From: Paramecium tetraurelia
Taxonomy: Eukaryota
DNA length: 64,000 bases
Assembly (NCBI GenBank): GCA_000165425.1
Contig: CT868052.1
Span: 1 to 64,000, forward strand
Direction: 5' to 3'
The first letter of the stretch is position 1; each line of letters starts with the position of its first letter. The notes under the pieces were generated by a model. The model saw nothing but the letters and a program-made list of their open reading frames with translations. It was not told the origin of the DNA and searched no databases. The position numbers were made by a program, and so were the translations under genes. Positions 45,675 through 59,603 of this stretch are shown here, in pieces.

Positions 45675-47316
45675 TCATTTTAAATCATTATACTTCCAAA
45701 ATGTTCCATCAAAAATTATGATTCTTCTTTGATCATAAGCACAATTGCCTTGATTATCCAACACCACATTCTGTAAAGCCAAAACCCTTCCTTGATGAAT
45801 GATTGGCACATTATTCCAGAATCCTTCAGCTTAAGGAAGCTATTTGGTTTGAACTACTTTTGCTGTCCTGTCATTAATCTCTAAAACAGTGCATTCTTTT
45901 GAGCCTTTATTATTTTCTAAATATCCACCAAATATCATTAATTAATTTTATTCTATTTGAATTGAACACATCATTGAAGCCATAGAAGTCAATTATGATG
46001 TCACACTGCAAGATACCCAAGTGTCCTTCTGTAAAAATTCAATCTATTAATTAATCTACATGTTTTGCACTAATATAAATCTAACATAATACTTATTCCA
46101 CCAACAACTGTAACTGTATCATTAAATATACTAACACTAGGAGACCCTAGAGCATAACTTAAATTTGGTAATTTTATTACTCTTTTGTTTAGACAATCAA
46201 AGGATTCGCATTAATTTGTTATTTACAAGTTATCTAAATATCCACCGATAATAAAAAGTTGATTTTCTTTCCAAATTAAACCATGTGAACTTCTACCACT
46301 ATTCATTTATCCGATTTCTTATAATTGATAATTAGAAAAATTGAATTGATAAATTGTATTGCTCTTCTTCTTATTTGGCAAAGACCCTCCTGTTAAGTAA
46401 ATCTGTCCATCGGGAGTTATTAATGATTTTGAAAATGGTAACACTTCAACATAATTTGATATTTAAACAGGCCTCCACACTTAATCAGGTAAGCTCAAAT
46501 CAAATAACCAAAGCACTGATTTTCCAGTCTCAAAAAAGTGCAATAATTTATATTTATTTCTAAAGAATTCATTTTGTTAAAGATATGTTTCTTAAATAAT
46601 TTATGATATCTAACTAGTATTCAATAACAAATTAGTTTACAATGGAATAAAGTCAATTTATACATAATTATACAAAGCTTATTAAATATGTTGTAAATTA
46701 GTTTAATTAACCTTGATCATAGATGGATTGGTTTTTATTGCAAATTTTATAAATTTTTCATAACCTTCTTAAATTTAAGCTAATTTTTTTTTATGTCCAA
46801 ACTGCAAACATTCTTTATCGTATTTATTTGATTCGAACTTTCCAATCCAACGTATAAATTCTCTAATTCATTTATAAAATTCTAAACATTCTCCTATTGC
46901 TGAATGAAAATTTATTAGGAGTTAGTCTATGATTCTAAGTATTGCTTATATTGATCCTCCAATAATATAAAGTATTGATTAACTAAATTTATTACATTTT
47001 CTTTGGCCTTTTTTATATCTTTTATTGTCTAATCTTCGTATTCAGTTTGCCCATATTAGTTAACCATGGTTTAAATCTTTTACATTTCTACCAAGCCTGA
47101 TTTTATTTTTTTTTAGCATTACTATTTCACATTTACAAAGCTTTCAATATCCGCATCAGTAGACAATTAATTATGATATTTTTTATGCGATTCAATACAT
47201 TCTGCACACAATGCCTTTAAACAATCTGCTGTTTGACAAAAATTAGTCAGTTATTCGTTAGGGTGATTTAAGCAAAATTGTGTTACTAAGAAACTTTAAG
47301 CCATCGCTTCACTCAT
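45675..47316 (-). CDS. B-box-like zinc finger, coiled coil and Kelch-repeat protein
   Basis: N-terminal C..HPNEQLTNFCQTADC..ALCAECIESH; Kelch-like MNGSRSSHGLIWKENQLFIIGGY, CESFDC, SVSIFNDTVTVVGG; ends IIFDGTFWKYNDLK*. Confidence 0.8.
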
Positions 47317-48089
47317 TAATATCAATTTATTAATTTATATAAAAATAAAAATAAATAAAATTTCTGAGTTGATATTTTAGGATTAATAATAATTTATTTA
47401 AAAATTTCTTTAGAGAATCGTTATTTCATATTCGTTAATCAAATTCTTAAATTGCTTAAAAATATCTGATATTTTAGATTGTCATTCTAGGAGGAAGACA
47501 ATTAAATAAGTTTTAATAGAATAAATATTATTTGATATTATCACAATTATGTAATTTAGGCATAATTAATAGATAATAGAGAAATACAAAAAAGTTTGAA
47601 TTTCATGTATATCTATAATTGCAATGGGTGATAATATTTTAGAAAATTTGAAATTATGACAAATTCATAGATGTATATCAGCTAAATTTACATCTATATT
47701 CTTTTAATCAATCATTTTTTAAAAATAGAAGGAAAGAAATTATAAAAAATAATTCCAAATATTTGTTTGGATTGATTAAAGATGAATTGGTTATTAAATA
47801 AAGAATTTTGACAATTTAAAATTAATAACAGATGGAAAGGTATGATAAAATTTATGGTCTAAATGATAGACCTAAAAAAATAAATAGACAATACAAGTTG
47901 CTTTTTAGATAAAAGATACAAACTCTATGTTTAAAGACCACAATTTATTGTAGAGTAAATAGATTCAGAATTGGAAAATCAGGAAATATTACTTTAAACA
48001 GTGTAGAATTATTAAAAATTATTATTCTAGAACATTTATTTAACGAAATAAATCCTAAAATTAAATGCATATAAATAAAATTATTCCAA

Positions 48090-48736
48090 ATGTCATTCTA
48101 CCCAGGATTCTACCCATAATACACACAACCCCTTGCAGCATCCTTTGCAGCCCCTCTTGCTTATCCTTAAGCCTCATATGTTAGACCTGTTGCAACCGCT
48201 CCTATTTATACAGCTCCCGCCCCTATTTACACCGCTCCTGCCCCAGTTGTCACTCAATCCGTAGTCCAACCAGTAGTTTAATCAGTTGTGCAACCAGTCG
48301 TTGCAGCTTAACCAGCAATCAAGGGAGAATCTAGAGTTGAGTATAGAGAGTATCAGAGACCAGTGGTTGAGTATGAGACTGAGACCATTGAGGTTAAAAA
48401 GCCAGTGACAAAATATGTTACAGATTATTACCCTGTGGAATATCAAACAGACTACATTCCAAGAACAGTCTACGAAACATAAACAGAATATGTACCTGTG
48501 TAAAAAACAGTTCCAAGAGTTGAATATGAAGCAGTCGAGAGAGAGGTCTAAAGAGTTGTAAGAAGTATTGGTGAAATATTTAGCCTGCTGCCCCTGTTCA
48601 ATATGCTCCTGCTCCTTTGACTTATTCAGTTGTCTAGCCAGTTCAATCAGTCGTCACCTAACCTGTTGCTTAATATACAACTCCCTTGACATATTCCACA
48701 GTGAGACCAGCATATGGATATCCCTATTATTATTGA
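48090..48736 (+). CDS. Epiplasmin (Paramecium cortical skeleton protein)
   Basis: P/V/Q/Y-rich flanks around the central IKGESRVEYREYQRPVVEYETETIEVKKPVTKYVTDYYPVEYQTDYIPR, the characteristic epiplasmin core. Confidence 0.9.
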
Positions 48737-48785
48737 TTGGCTAGAGTCTTATATAAAAATCCAAATTATAAATAAATTTTTCTTT

Positions 48786-50242
48786 ATGAGCTAAAGTAGT
48801 TAGCAAAGAGTATTTATGAATAGATTTGTTGTTAAAAAGAAGATTTCATCCGGGGCGTTTGGAGTCGTCTATTTGGTGTTTGATAAATAAACAAATCAGG
48901 ATGCAGCATTAAAATTGGAGAAAGAGGATAATGAGGAGATGAGATCTCTGGAAAGAGAAGTTGAAATCTTGAAATAATTAAATGATGCTGAAGGTACTCC
49001 TAAGTTGATTTGGTATGGAAATGAAAGTGAATTCAACATTATGGTTATACAATTGTTAGGAAGAGATTTAGCATATTATTTTAGATAGTAAAAGAAGTTC
49101 AGTTTAAAATGCACGATTCAAATTGCTCATGATTGCGTAGTCATCCTCAAAAATATCCACAATAAAAATGTAGTTCATAGAGATCTCAAACCAGAAAATA
49201 TATTAATGTCAAAAGATAACGAGAACATATACATTGTTGATTTTGGCATTAGTAAAATTTATTGCATTTAAGGAGAACATATGTAATTTTCAATTCTATT
49301 TGCATTTCAGGCCTTTCAGAAATGACAAAACCTTTATGGGCACACCTAGATATGCATCTGTGGCTGCTCACTTGGGCCATGAAATCTCAAGGAAGGATGA
49401 TTTGGAATCCCTTTTTTATGTAATTTTATATTTTCTTCGTGGCAGTCTACCATGGTAAAATTTACCAGTCTCAGAAAATGAAAGAACTAAAGCTGTTGGA
49501 GAAATCAAATCAAACATTGACTTAAAGGAATTATGCATTAATTAACCACATGAATTGGTCGAAATACTTTAATATTTGAAATCCTTGAAATTCTTAGATC
49601 AACCTAACTATTAATATATCCTATAACTTCTTAATTAAATTGCAGAAAATAACCAATTTCTATTAGATGGAATTTATGATTGGACTGAAGGATTAATAAA
49701 GTCAACCAAAAAGTTTAGCTCTTTAGAATCTAAAAAGTCATTTGAATTCAATAAAATTAAAGAGTTATCTCCTGGAAATCTAATGAAAAGCTCCTCAAAA
49801 CTATCCCAATAGATCATTTGGACAGTCAATGATCAATTATAGCATCCACAAGTTGCGTATATTTTAATTAAATCTAGTCCGTCCTCTCAGCATCACCTTT
49901 TGTTACCTCCTGATCCAAATAGAAAGCCTGGTTAAAGAACTGATCTAAGGCATTTATCTAATTCATCCTCAAACTCAAATGTGGGAACCTTTAGTTCAAT
50001 GATACTTAAATATTTGCCTTCCCAAATTGAAATAGAAAAACCCACCTTTTTTCCTAATTGGAATAAAACAGATAGACAATAAGAATCTTAATATTAAGAT
50101 TTGATGGATGAAAACAATTTTGAGATTCCTTTGAATTAGAAATACGAAAGCATAATCTAAAGTTAAGCATTGGAGTACAATTACTCATATATATATTAGC
50201 TATCACAACAAATTTAATAAATTCCTAGAAACCTCTAATTGA
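48786..50242 (+). CDS. Casein kinase 1 family kinase
   Basis: [57 protein letters not shown] (CK1 signature). Confidence 0.95.
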
Positions 50243-50717
50243 AAATAATTATTAATATATGTTTTATAATTTTAATCTAAGTTGCTTAATAAGTTAAACA
50301 GAATAAAATCCCAAACATTTTTATTGAATAGAATAAATACTACGAATGAAAATACGGATAATTTACAATATTGGTTCAAAGATAAAATTATTATAATTTT
50401 AAATACTCTGTATTCTTCTTTCTATATAGATTATTACAACATAAGGTATGAGTATGGTATTACAATATTTATAGTTAAATTAAGTTATTCCAAAATAAAA
50501 GACTTAATATTCTATATGAAAAGTAAATGTAATTATTTATTAAATGAAATATTTTCTCTCATTATAAATTTAAGAAATGGTTTTCTTAATCCATTATTTA
50601 GTACTTTAATATAAATACTATAATTTATCTACAAATTCAAAATATATTTCATTTGATGACCACCCAATAATCCATAATTATTGGTTTTCCAAGTTATTTA
50701 TTAACAAAATTAAATTA

Positions 50718-52246
50718 ATGTAAAATAACGATCCAATCCCATTATATTTGCTAACAAAAAAAACTAATGTAGATCACTTAGTTGGGTCTAAAGCATCCAG
50801 AACACATACTAGTAAGATTAATGTAGAAATATTCAAGGAGTAGAGACAAAAGTGAGCACATCAATTTCAAATTCTCAGAATAGTCAACGCAAAACATCTT
50901 ACTATAATAGAGCTCCATTATCAACAAAAAATTCATTCAGCGTTCATGTTGATACTGATGAAGGCGGAGGAGTTAAAAAAATTTAGAGTTATCAAAACAT
51001 TAATAATAAGATGGAGAAATTTTCATAATAGAATAGACATCTAATTTGTAAATTTTATGAGGGCATTTATTTAATTGGAAATACAACTCTTGGCAAAACA
51101 GAGATACTCTATTAATATGGTGGATGTCATCTTGAATAATTGTTACCCGATCTTGTATTTCCCTATGGAGCAAAGGATGTCTAGAAAAAGTTATCAGATT
51201 CTCAAAGTGAAATCAACGAAATCCTTTATAAGAGACATGTCTCAGAAAACAATCCAAATTGCTTTATTCTGCCAATAAAAACTTCAGAGTCATTTGAAAA
51301 AGCATGTAATAACTTAATTTATTATAGAGTATAATAGTAATTAATTAGCTTATTGTATTTGTTTATCAATACAAGATATTTGTCCATCAAAGAATAGTTA
51401 TTTGAAGTGCGAAAGAGTACTCTGCATAGTTTCATATTTGCCTTTGATAAAATATTTTATTGATTTCTTGATAGAAGTCATGAGTATGAATATTGAATTA
51501 ATTAGATTGTGCCAAAGAGGAGAGATTTAATAATTTGACATTCACATAATACATTCAAAAATGCCCTCTTTTTGAAACTCTGCCTATTTAAATTCCAAGC
51601 CAATAAATACCATAATCTTATTATGAGTTCCATGATTACCATGTGAAATAGTTAAAAATACTAAACAATGCCCTTAGTCTAGGATTGGTTGCAATAAATA
51701 TCATTTTAGAGAGATCAGTGATATTTGTAGCCCCAAATGTATAATAATTAGGAGCAATCCTTATGCTTTTCTTAAAACATGTGAAATGGATTCATTAGAT
51801 GGTAGCTTCGATTCCTCCAAAAAATATCGAACTATTGAATGTGCCTGTTCCCTTGTTAGGAGGATTAGTCCTAGATGATTATCAGTGTGTTGAATAATTA
51901 ATTGATGAATATCCAAATGTAGTTTTTGTGGACCTCTTTAAGTTAAATAATATTTAATTTTAGTTAGCATGTCCGAAATTCTCAAGATTTCACGAAAAGT
52001 CTTGTATATATATTTTTGGTCAGATAATTACAAGGGAAATCGTATTATGAGATGGGATAAATTTTAGGACAGTTTTAATAAAACTTAGTCTAAGAGACTA
52101 CAAGAGACGAGTATATAATAAAAGAATTCAGACAAACTCAATACTTTCATGAGATGGATTAGATGAAATAGTCAATGAATGTAAGAAATATTCCTTCAAT
52201 GTCCCAACATGTTAAAAGATAATAATAAACTTTTAGAAAGTTTTGA
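50718..52246 (+). CDS. DENN domain protein (putative Rab GEF)
   Basis: uDENN-like EILYQY..LPDLVFPYG; LAYCICL..LCIVSYLP; ILERSVIFVA..WIHQMVASIPP..LLNVPVPLLGG; dDENN-like EFRQTQYF. Confidence 0.75.
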
Positions 52247-52455
52247 ATTAATTTTATTTTTAGATAATTTTTAAATATTTTTAATTTTAATCTTAAAACC
52301 CAAATTTATTTTATATAATTGGTTCCACAAAGAATAATAATCTGTAAATGAAATTAACTTCTTTAAATTTGATTTTAATTATTAGAAATTGTATTTATCG
52401 CGTTCAAATCGAGATTTATGTTTAGATACTTTATTCATTAATATTCAAAATTTTG

Positions 52456-54126
52456 ATGTAATAAAAGCTGTGGATACCCATTCCACACGATTTTAACATT
52501 TAAAATTAACGGGTTTACATCTAGGGAGAGTTTACAAAAGAAAATGGGAAGGTCAGAGTCCTCTATGGGTATGATTAATACATTCTCTCTTCCAAAGTAA
52601 TTAATTAATGAGTTATATTAGAGAGCCTCCCAACCTAAAAAGTGCTTAAAACTTGAATTCGATGTCAAATTTGAAATATTGAGAAAGCCTATTCCAAAAA
52701 AAGACAAGGATGATGATAGTTTAGGTCCCATAATAGGATTGCAATTGTTAAGAGATAATAATGAGAACATGGTTAAATTGAGACTTAATGCCGACTCTTA
52801 GCAAATCTTAGCATGGAGATCCTATCTTGTACCAAGAATAAACTAATGGTAATTTCATAACATGTTCAGAGTTTATAAAAAAATAGGGAAAGGAAATTTT
52901 GCATCTGTAAAAACTTCTAACTTATTTGTAGGTTTATTAAGCAGAGAGGATAGAAGATAATTAATCGATGGCAATAAAAGCATTTGCCAAATAGGGAGCT
53001 TATAGAGAAGAAAATGGAAAAAATTCAATTATAAATGAATTGAAGATAATGAGGTAATTAAATAATACGCATCTAATGAAATTATATGAAGTCTATGAAA
53101 CTAATAATTCATTATATGTAGCTATGGAACTATTAGAGGGAGGATCATTATATGATTTAATCAAAGATAAGGTTAAAATCAATCTGAAGTAAATATAACA
53201 GATAATTGTGGGCATTCTGCTCGGACTATAAGAGATGCACAACAAGGAGATTATGCATAGAGATTTGAAACTAGAGAATATTCTATTCAAAAAACCAAAG
53301 TATATGTTTAACTATTCTATTAAGTAAGATGGAATCAGTTGTAATAGCTGATTTTGGATTGGCAACCTATGTAAACGAGCCAGAGTATTTATATTGTCGA
53401 TGTGGAACTCCAGGGTTTGTGGCCCCAGAAATAATCAATATTAAGGATATGAAATCTAAATATTCTTCTGTCTGTGACATTTATAGTCTGGGATTAGTAT
53501 TTTATCTATTGCTTACTGGAAAATCTGCTTTTAATGGAAAAAGCTATTCTACAGTAGTAAAATAGAATAGAGAAGCTAATATCAATTTCGATATCAAATA
53601 GTTACAGAATTTACCTGGATATGTTGTAGATTTACTTAAATAAATGCTTGAGAAAGATCCAAAAAAGAGAGTCAATGTTGAAAGATGTCTGAATCATATT
53701 TTTTTATATGATACAGCTAGATAAATGATCGAAGATGAAAACCAGGATGACAGTTTGGATGAGATTGATGAAAATATTCAAATTTAATCAATGAATGATA
53801 AGTACCATTTATTATATCTTAGTTTTTCGTAGTTTGACTTAACAAAAAATGTTTACTCACCTTCCTAATCACCAGGATTGGTCTAATCTCCTGGATTAGT
53901 GTTGAGGAAGGAGATTAAACAATAAAAATAAATAGATTCGTAAAAGGCTGTAGTCGCCGATTCGCCATTAATAAAAGGGAAAATCGAGTCTGTTGACAGT
54001 GCAAAGACTATAGGAACTCCAACAAAAAAATGTAGTGTATTTTCACCATCACCTACATTAAAACCATCTAAATTTTCGAAGCAAACACAAAACAATCCAT
54101 TATTAAAGTATGCTAAAAAAGACTGA
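52456..54126 (+). CDS. CaMK-group Ser/Thr kinase with N-terminal PH-like region (intact)
   Basis: IGKGNFASVY, MAIK, HRDLKLEN, IADFGLA, RCGTPGFVAPE, DIYSLG; start MQQKLWIPIP. Confidence 0.94.
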
Positions 54127-54593
54127 ATAAAATATCAATAAGAAATTAATATATACATTTCCTTTTTTGAGATTATTTCAATATTTCCATTTCTCTGAAT
54201 GATTTATGAATTGATGTGCTCCTAATTATTATTAATATTGTCAAATGAAATTCAAAAAATTATTCATCCAATACAAATTCAGTTATAAAGAAATTCTATA
54301 TAAATCTATAAATACTAGATAAGATTGAAATACAAGCTAGAGTGGATACAAATTTCTAGGAAAGATCAATAAGTCAGACAATAATTGACTGCAACTTGTC
54401 GTATTATATAAAGCATTTTGAGTTATTCTCTCATATTAATTTGTATTTAATAAATATACAAACTGATCTCAATATATATTTAATTATAATCAGTTTAAAA
54501 TTTTAGATATGCAAAGTTTTGATTAACGTAGTTTAGTGTAATTTATATTCATCATTTTATCCAACAGAATAATAATATTAATTTATCTTTGCA

Positions 54594-55511
54594 ATGAATC
54601 AATAAATAGTGAGCCACAGTATTTTAGAAATCAACCACTACAATCGAGTATTAGAGGGAAATAAAAGATATGTGGCAAAAAAGATGGCAGAAGACCCCTC
54701 ATACTTTAAGACCTTATCGAAAGGGTAGAACCCAAAATATCTACTTATTGGCTGTTCTGATTCAAGAGCCCCTCCTAATGAATTGACAGAGACTGATCCT
54801 GGAGAAATTTTTATTCATAGAAATATTGCCAACTTAGTTATACCTACGGATTTAAATGTAAGAGTCTCTTTGATTCTTAAAGCTTAATTGTGTTATTCAA
54901 TATGCAGTAGAGCATTTACATATTCATAATATTGTGGTGATGGGACATACTTGCTGTGGTGGTGTAAAGGCAGCTATGACTTAAGATTCCGTAGGGGGAT
55001 TGCTAGACCTCTGGTTGAATCAGATAAAGTTGGTTTATGAGAAACATGCAGAATTGATAGAGTCCTTTGCCGATGAAAATGACAAAATTACTTGCCTAAG
55101 TTAATTGAATGTCAGAGCTCAAGTTATGAACATTTGGAAGAATCCAATAATCTAAAAGGCTTGGCAGAAGGGGAATCGTAAATTAATTAATTAACATTCA
55201 TAGCTGTAATGGTCCATGGTTGGTTATTCAGGGTCGAAACAGGATATATAGAAGAACTCTTGATTGATCAACACACTCCTGAAGAGATGTGCAAAGTGTA
55301 TGCTCTAAAGTTTAAATTGGAATCAGAGAAGCAATTATCTAAGCATGTTTCTCCAACAGGCTCTCCCAAAAACAACGCAAAAAAAAGATTCCAAAACATG
55401 CAACGAAAATTAATCGAACATATAAATTAACTTAAAGAGAATAAAATAGAGGATTTTGATTTGGAAACTAAGGAAATTGGAGGGTTCATAGAAAGTTCTA
55501 AAGATTTATGA
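54594..55511 (+). CDS. Beta-class carbonic anhydrase, 2 introns
   Basis: [10 protein letters not shown] (CxDxR), [21 protein letters not shown] (HxxC), [11 protein letters not shown]. Confidence 0.95.
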
Positions 55512-55664
55512 CAATTTATATTGCGTTTATAATCACAATATTAAAATTTGCCATTATAGAAATATTTAGTTTCTGTTTCTTAGATAATATATAAATATTA
55601 ATTTCAAGCTGCTTCTCTTTTTCCTGATTATTGCTCAACAATTTACACATACTTTTTCTTGATG

Positions 55665-56031
55665 TCAATATCCTCTGGTTGTTTAACTATTTTCATTGAT
55701 TGTTGAAGAGGATTCCATTTGTCCATTGAGATTAAGGAGTTTTCCGATGTAGAGTTCAAATAAAAAATCTTGTATGCTATTTTTATGTGATATTGATTCC
55801 TTCCAAATTCCAGTTTTATAGGTTATTTTTATATTCGTTTCGTTTTTTTCTGAATTTAGCCTTATTTCATATGATGATTATTCTTTTTATGATATTGCTT
55901 TTTTCCTTTGTGAAAACCTAATATAATGATTACTAACTTTTATTGATCTCTGTCACCAATTCGTGAAAAGTTCGCACAATTTCATAAAACTCTGAGTCAT
56001 TTCGAAATTTTTGTTTTTCTACTTCAGTCAT
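55665..56031 (-). CDS. Small hypothetical protein
   Basis: MTEVEKQKFRNDSEFYEIVRTFHELVTEINK, then a 20-nt GT-AG intron and an open frame to TGA. Confidence 0.45.
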
Positions 56032-56046
56032 TTTAATTTATTTATA

Positions 56047-56703
56047 ATGTGGAACCTCATTTATTCTAATCCTATATGTTTCAAGAAAAAAATAGCTCAG
56101 GTATCAGTTTTCCATCCATTATGTCAAGGAGCAACTTATGCATTTGAATAATATCTAGAATTCTAAACCTCTTGTAAATAACTCCTAACCATGGAGACCA
56201 GGGCATTCAATATCAAGATTAGTCAATAAATACACTAACAGTAAGTTCCAGAGCATATAACTTAGCCAACGATTAGGAAATCATGGACAAAAACAGCAAA
56301 TTGCTTAGAAAAATGATGGAAATTCAATAGAGGAATAATACATTGAAGTAACTTCCAACACATGGGTCATTAGAAGCATTAAGAAGAAGAGAACAAGTCA
56401 AGATAAGTTCGGAGAATTAAACCATCCTAAAGCGGTTATAATCAGCAAGTTCTGCATACTCCAAGAAAACATGGGTCAATGACATTGAAAGAGTAAAAAA
56501 ATATAGAGAAAATTTACAAAGAAGAACAAGTATTATCATCTATAATTCAGGAACAAACGATGATTTTAATTTATTGGCAGCTCAAGAACATGTAAAACGA
56601 AATCTTACCAGTCAATCTTCCTCTAGAAGTAAGGCTTTCTAATTTATTAGAACTTAAAACAAGTTAAGGGCCAAGAACTTAAACATATGAGTCATTAATT
56701 TGA
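56047..56703 (+). CDS. CFAP97/Hemingway (KIAA1430)-like ciliary protein
   Basis: HLNNIQNSKPLVNNSQP; EIMDKNSKLLRKMMEI; GSLEALRRREQVKISSENQTILKRLQSASSAYSKKTW resembles the family pattern. Confidence 0.7.
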
Positions 56704-57439
56704 TATAAAGATATCTTCATGTTTCATTTATTAAACAAGAATATTAATTATTTATTCTTCACTCTAAAGTCTCTCAAGCTTTGTTATTGTTTTTGGAGAA
56801 TTCTATTGAAAAGAACATAAAGAAAATGGGGGTTTGAATTAATCAAATCAAAAAGTTATTAAGGTAAAATAGACAGTGGATATAGTTAATCTTCCTCAGA
56901 GTTTTAAGATTAGCTTATTAAAACTTTTAAGATTAACTTATTAAAGCTTTTGATTTCAATAATGAAGTAATAAACTAAATTAATATTTATAAATTTGGAT
57001 AGACTAACAATTTAAATTAGTTGAGTGAGTATTAATAATCTTAAATTTTATAAATATTAAAATGAATTCTGAAAAAGATGTCGGTGTTTTTTAATAATTA
57101 TCATACTTTTTGAACCAAAATATTGTTATTTTATTAAAAATTCAAAACAGAATTAAAGAATTTTCAAAAATTTATGACAATTAATTATAAAGTATAAGGA
57201 TTTTTTAATATATTTTTAATATTTAGATTATTAATTTAATGAGAATTTACAAATACCAATTTCGATTATATTAACTTCTTATAATCCCAATAATGATGAG
57301 TATTTCTAAAATCTATCAATTTTAATATTATTATTATATTTAGAAGAAAAACTACTCAATTTGTATATTCATTTCCTTTTCTTAAATAATAATATTCAAA
57401 TATATTCCTAACTATTATAATAATAGATAATTTTATATT

Positions 57440-58990
57440 TCAATCTTAAATAATTTAATCATTATTGTCAATGTGTATTTTACTATCCTAGTTTCTTAAT
57501 TCATCAACAACTTAATCTGCATTTTCCTATATTTAAGTGGGTTTAAGCTATTTTGGTATTTGTTCATTTTCATTTGATGGTATTTTATATAAACTACCAT
57601 TCTTTTTCTTGGATTTCCAATAATAACTAAATAAAAATGGATCGAAATGGTTCTAATAAATAGTATCTGAATAATCCTCAAATGAAGACCATGCATTCTT
57701 AATACTAAACTGATTGGAATTTTCATCTTTTTAGATTTATAATTTGGATTCATTTGAATGAATATTCAACAGCAGATCTGATGGTGTAATCAATTATAAT
57801 ATCTTTTACATTTGATGTATTTCATATATTAGGTTTATGTAGTCAAATTTGAGATTTAACATTTCACTCACATCTTTATCAAATTTCTCAATGCTTGTTT
57901 TGTTTAGCTTCTTATCTTCTAACACACTTGAATTTATATTATTTTCTTTCACATTCTTAATTTCCTTCCATTCAGGATAATAATTAATCAAAATTGTAGA
58001 TTTCATGAACGAGATCATTTATTTCCTATTCAAAGCATAAAAAGCGTATCTGATTAGCAATATTGTTTAAATTATTGAACCTATGCTAGCCAAAACCTCA
58101 CTGATAGTAGGATATTGATTTCTCACATAAAATATTGAAGAGTTCATTTATATAGCGATAGTACCTATGACTTCCTTAATACCTAAATCTCTCTCATACA
58201 ATTTTTTATGATATTCCTTAGTATATGTGTAAATCTAAGATGTGCATCCTTTGTTTACAATATATTCTTCGAAAGATTGAAATAGATATCCTTAATTTGC
58301 TTCAATAACTTCATAATTTGTTATTATCTGTACTTCACTACTTAATATCGTATCAAAGGGTAAGTCAATAAGTGTTTCATACTGTTAATAAGTTTTTGTT
58401 GAAATATCAAATTCTTCGTTATAAACCGTTATCAATGATATTAGACCTATTTAATCGAAGAATTCCTCACTGTAATCTTAGCTCGCACACTCTTAACCCT
58501 CAATTAAAAAATCCTCATTCCCTATGCATTTCACTAAAATTACATTGAAAGCATTATTAAGTTAATTATTCAAATCCACATATAAAATATTTTCGAAATC
58601 TTCTTCAACTATTACCATAGATAATTCTTCTTCTATCTCTTTATAAAGCAGTGGGATTATTATCATTTAATTACTCTCAAATGGATTTATTGAGCTCATG
58701 AATTCTAGGCTGAGCAACTAAATTGGATCGTTTTTTACAAAAAGTTATTCTAAATGGCTTCCCTCGGTAATGGTTTTTTATTAAGATGAAACTTTATATA
58801 TCATATCACCTGATCCCCATAATATCAATTAATTTAGGGAGTACACCAACACAAATGTTAAAATTATTATTGTAGCCATGCCACCCCAAACAGTTTTATA
58901 AAATATTCTTTATTCTCTCAACCCAAATGAAGGAGTGAAAGAAACAAAGAATCCATCGAATTTTGAAATAGTATTCAAAAAGCTATTCAT
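57440..58990 (-). CDS. Ciliate two-TM large-loop family protein
   Basis: SKFDGFFVSF..FYKTVWGGMATIIILTFVLVYSLNQLILWGSG; YPTISEVLASIGSII; LINYYPEWK. Homologous layout to 17306-18709. Confidence 0.8.
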
Positions 58991-59165
58991 GAATTTTTAT
59001 TGATTTTTAAATGAAATTTTTATTTTTAGAATATCAGCTATATTCCATTATATTTAATAATAAGCGAGTGGTAGAGCAGAATTCCGAAAAATTTAAAGTT
59101 TCGATAGCATTCTTTTAAGAAAAGATACTCATTTTAGTACTTAAAAATATCTTAAATTGTAAAAT

Positions 59166-59210
59166 AAAATATATTTTATCAAAATACAAAAATATATTTT
59201 ATCAAAATAC
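59166..59210. repeat. Perfect 22-bp direct repeat, two copies, period 23
   Basis: AAAATATATTTTATCAAAATAC at 59166-59187 and 59189-59210, in the spacer between two divergent genes. Confidence 0.85.
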
Positions 59211-59603
59211 ATGAAAATCGTTGCAATCCTTTACAAGTTTTCGTATTTTGTTGAGAATAATATTTGCTAATACTTTTATTACTTTATATGTAATTCACTC
59301 CAATAAATATGTCATGGTTTGAGTCCAATCAATACCCTTAATGATAGAATAAATGGTAAAATATAGAATAATATTTTCGTTATCTAAGGAAAAGTAAAAT
59401 TCAAATATATTTACTATCTTGTTTTGATTTTAATTCAATTTTGATCACCCTACTTCATATTTACTTAGTTTTATTAATAACTGAATTACTTTGTATAGAT
59501 CAATGATGAATGTAAGAATTAGCATATTTTCATTTAATTTGTTTCATCTAAGAAATTAGATGAGATTATTTAAGTGAGTAAAATTAGATTATAAAATTAA
59601 ATA

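Noticed and set aside
50282..50614. 110-aa ORF in the track
   Set aside because: Non-ATG start and extremely AT-rich spacer between CK1 and the DENN gene, with no protein-like features.
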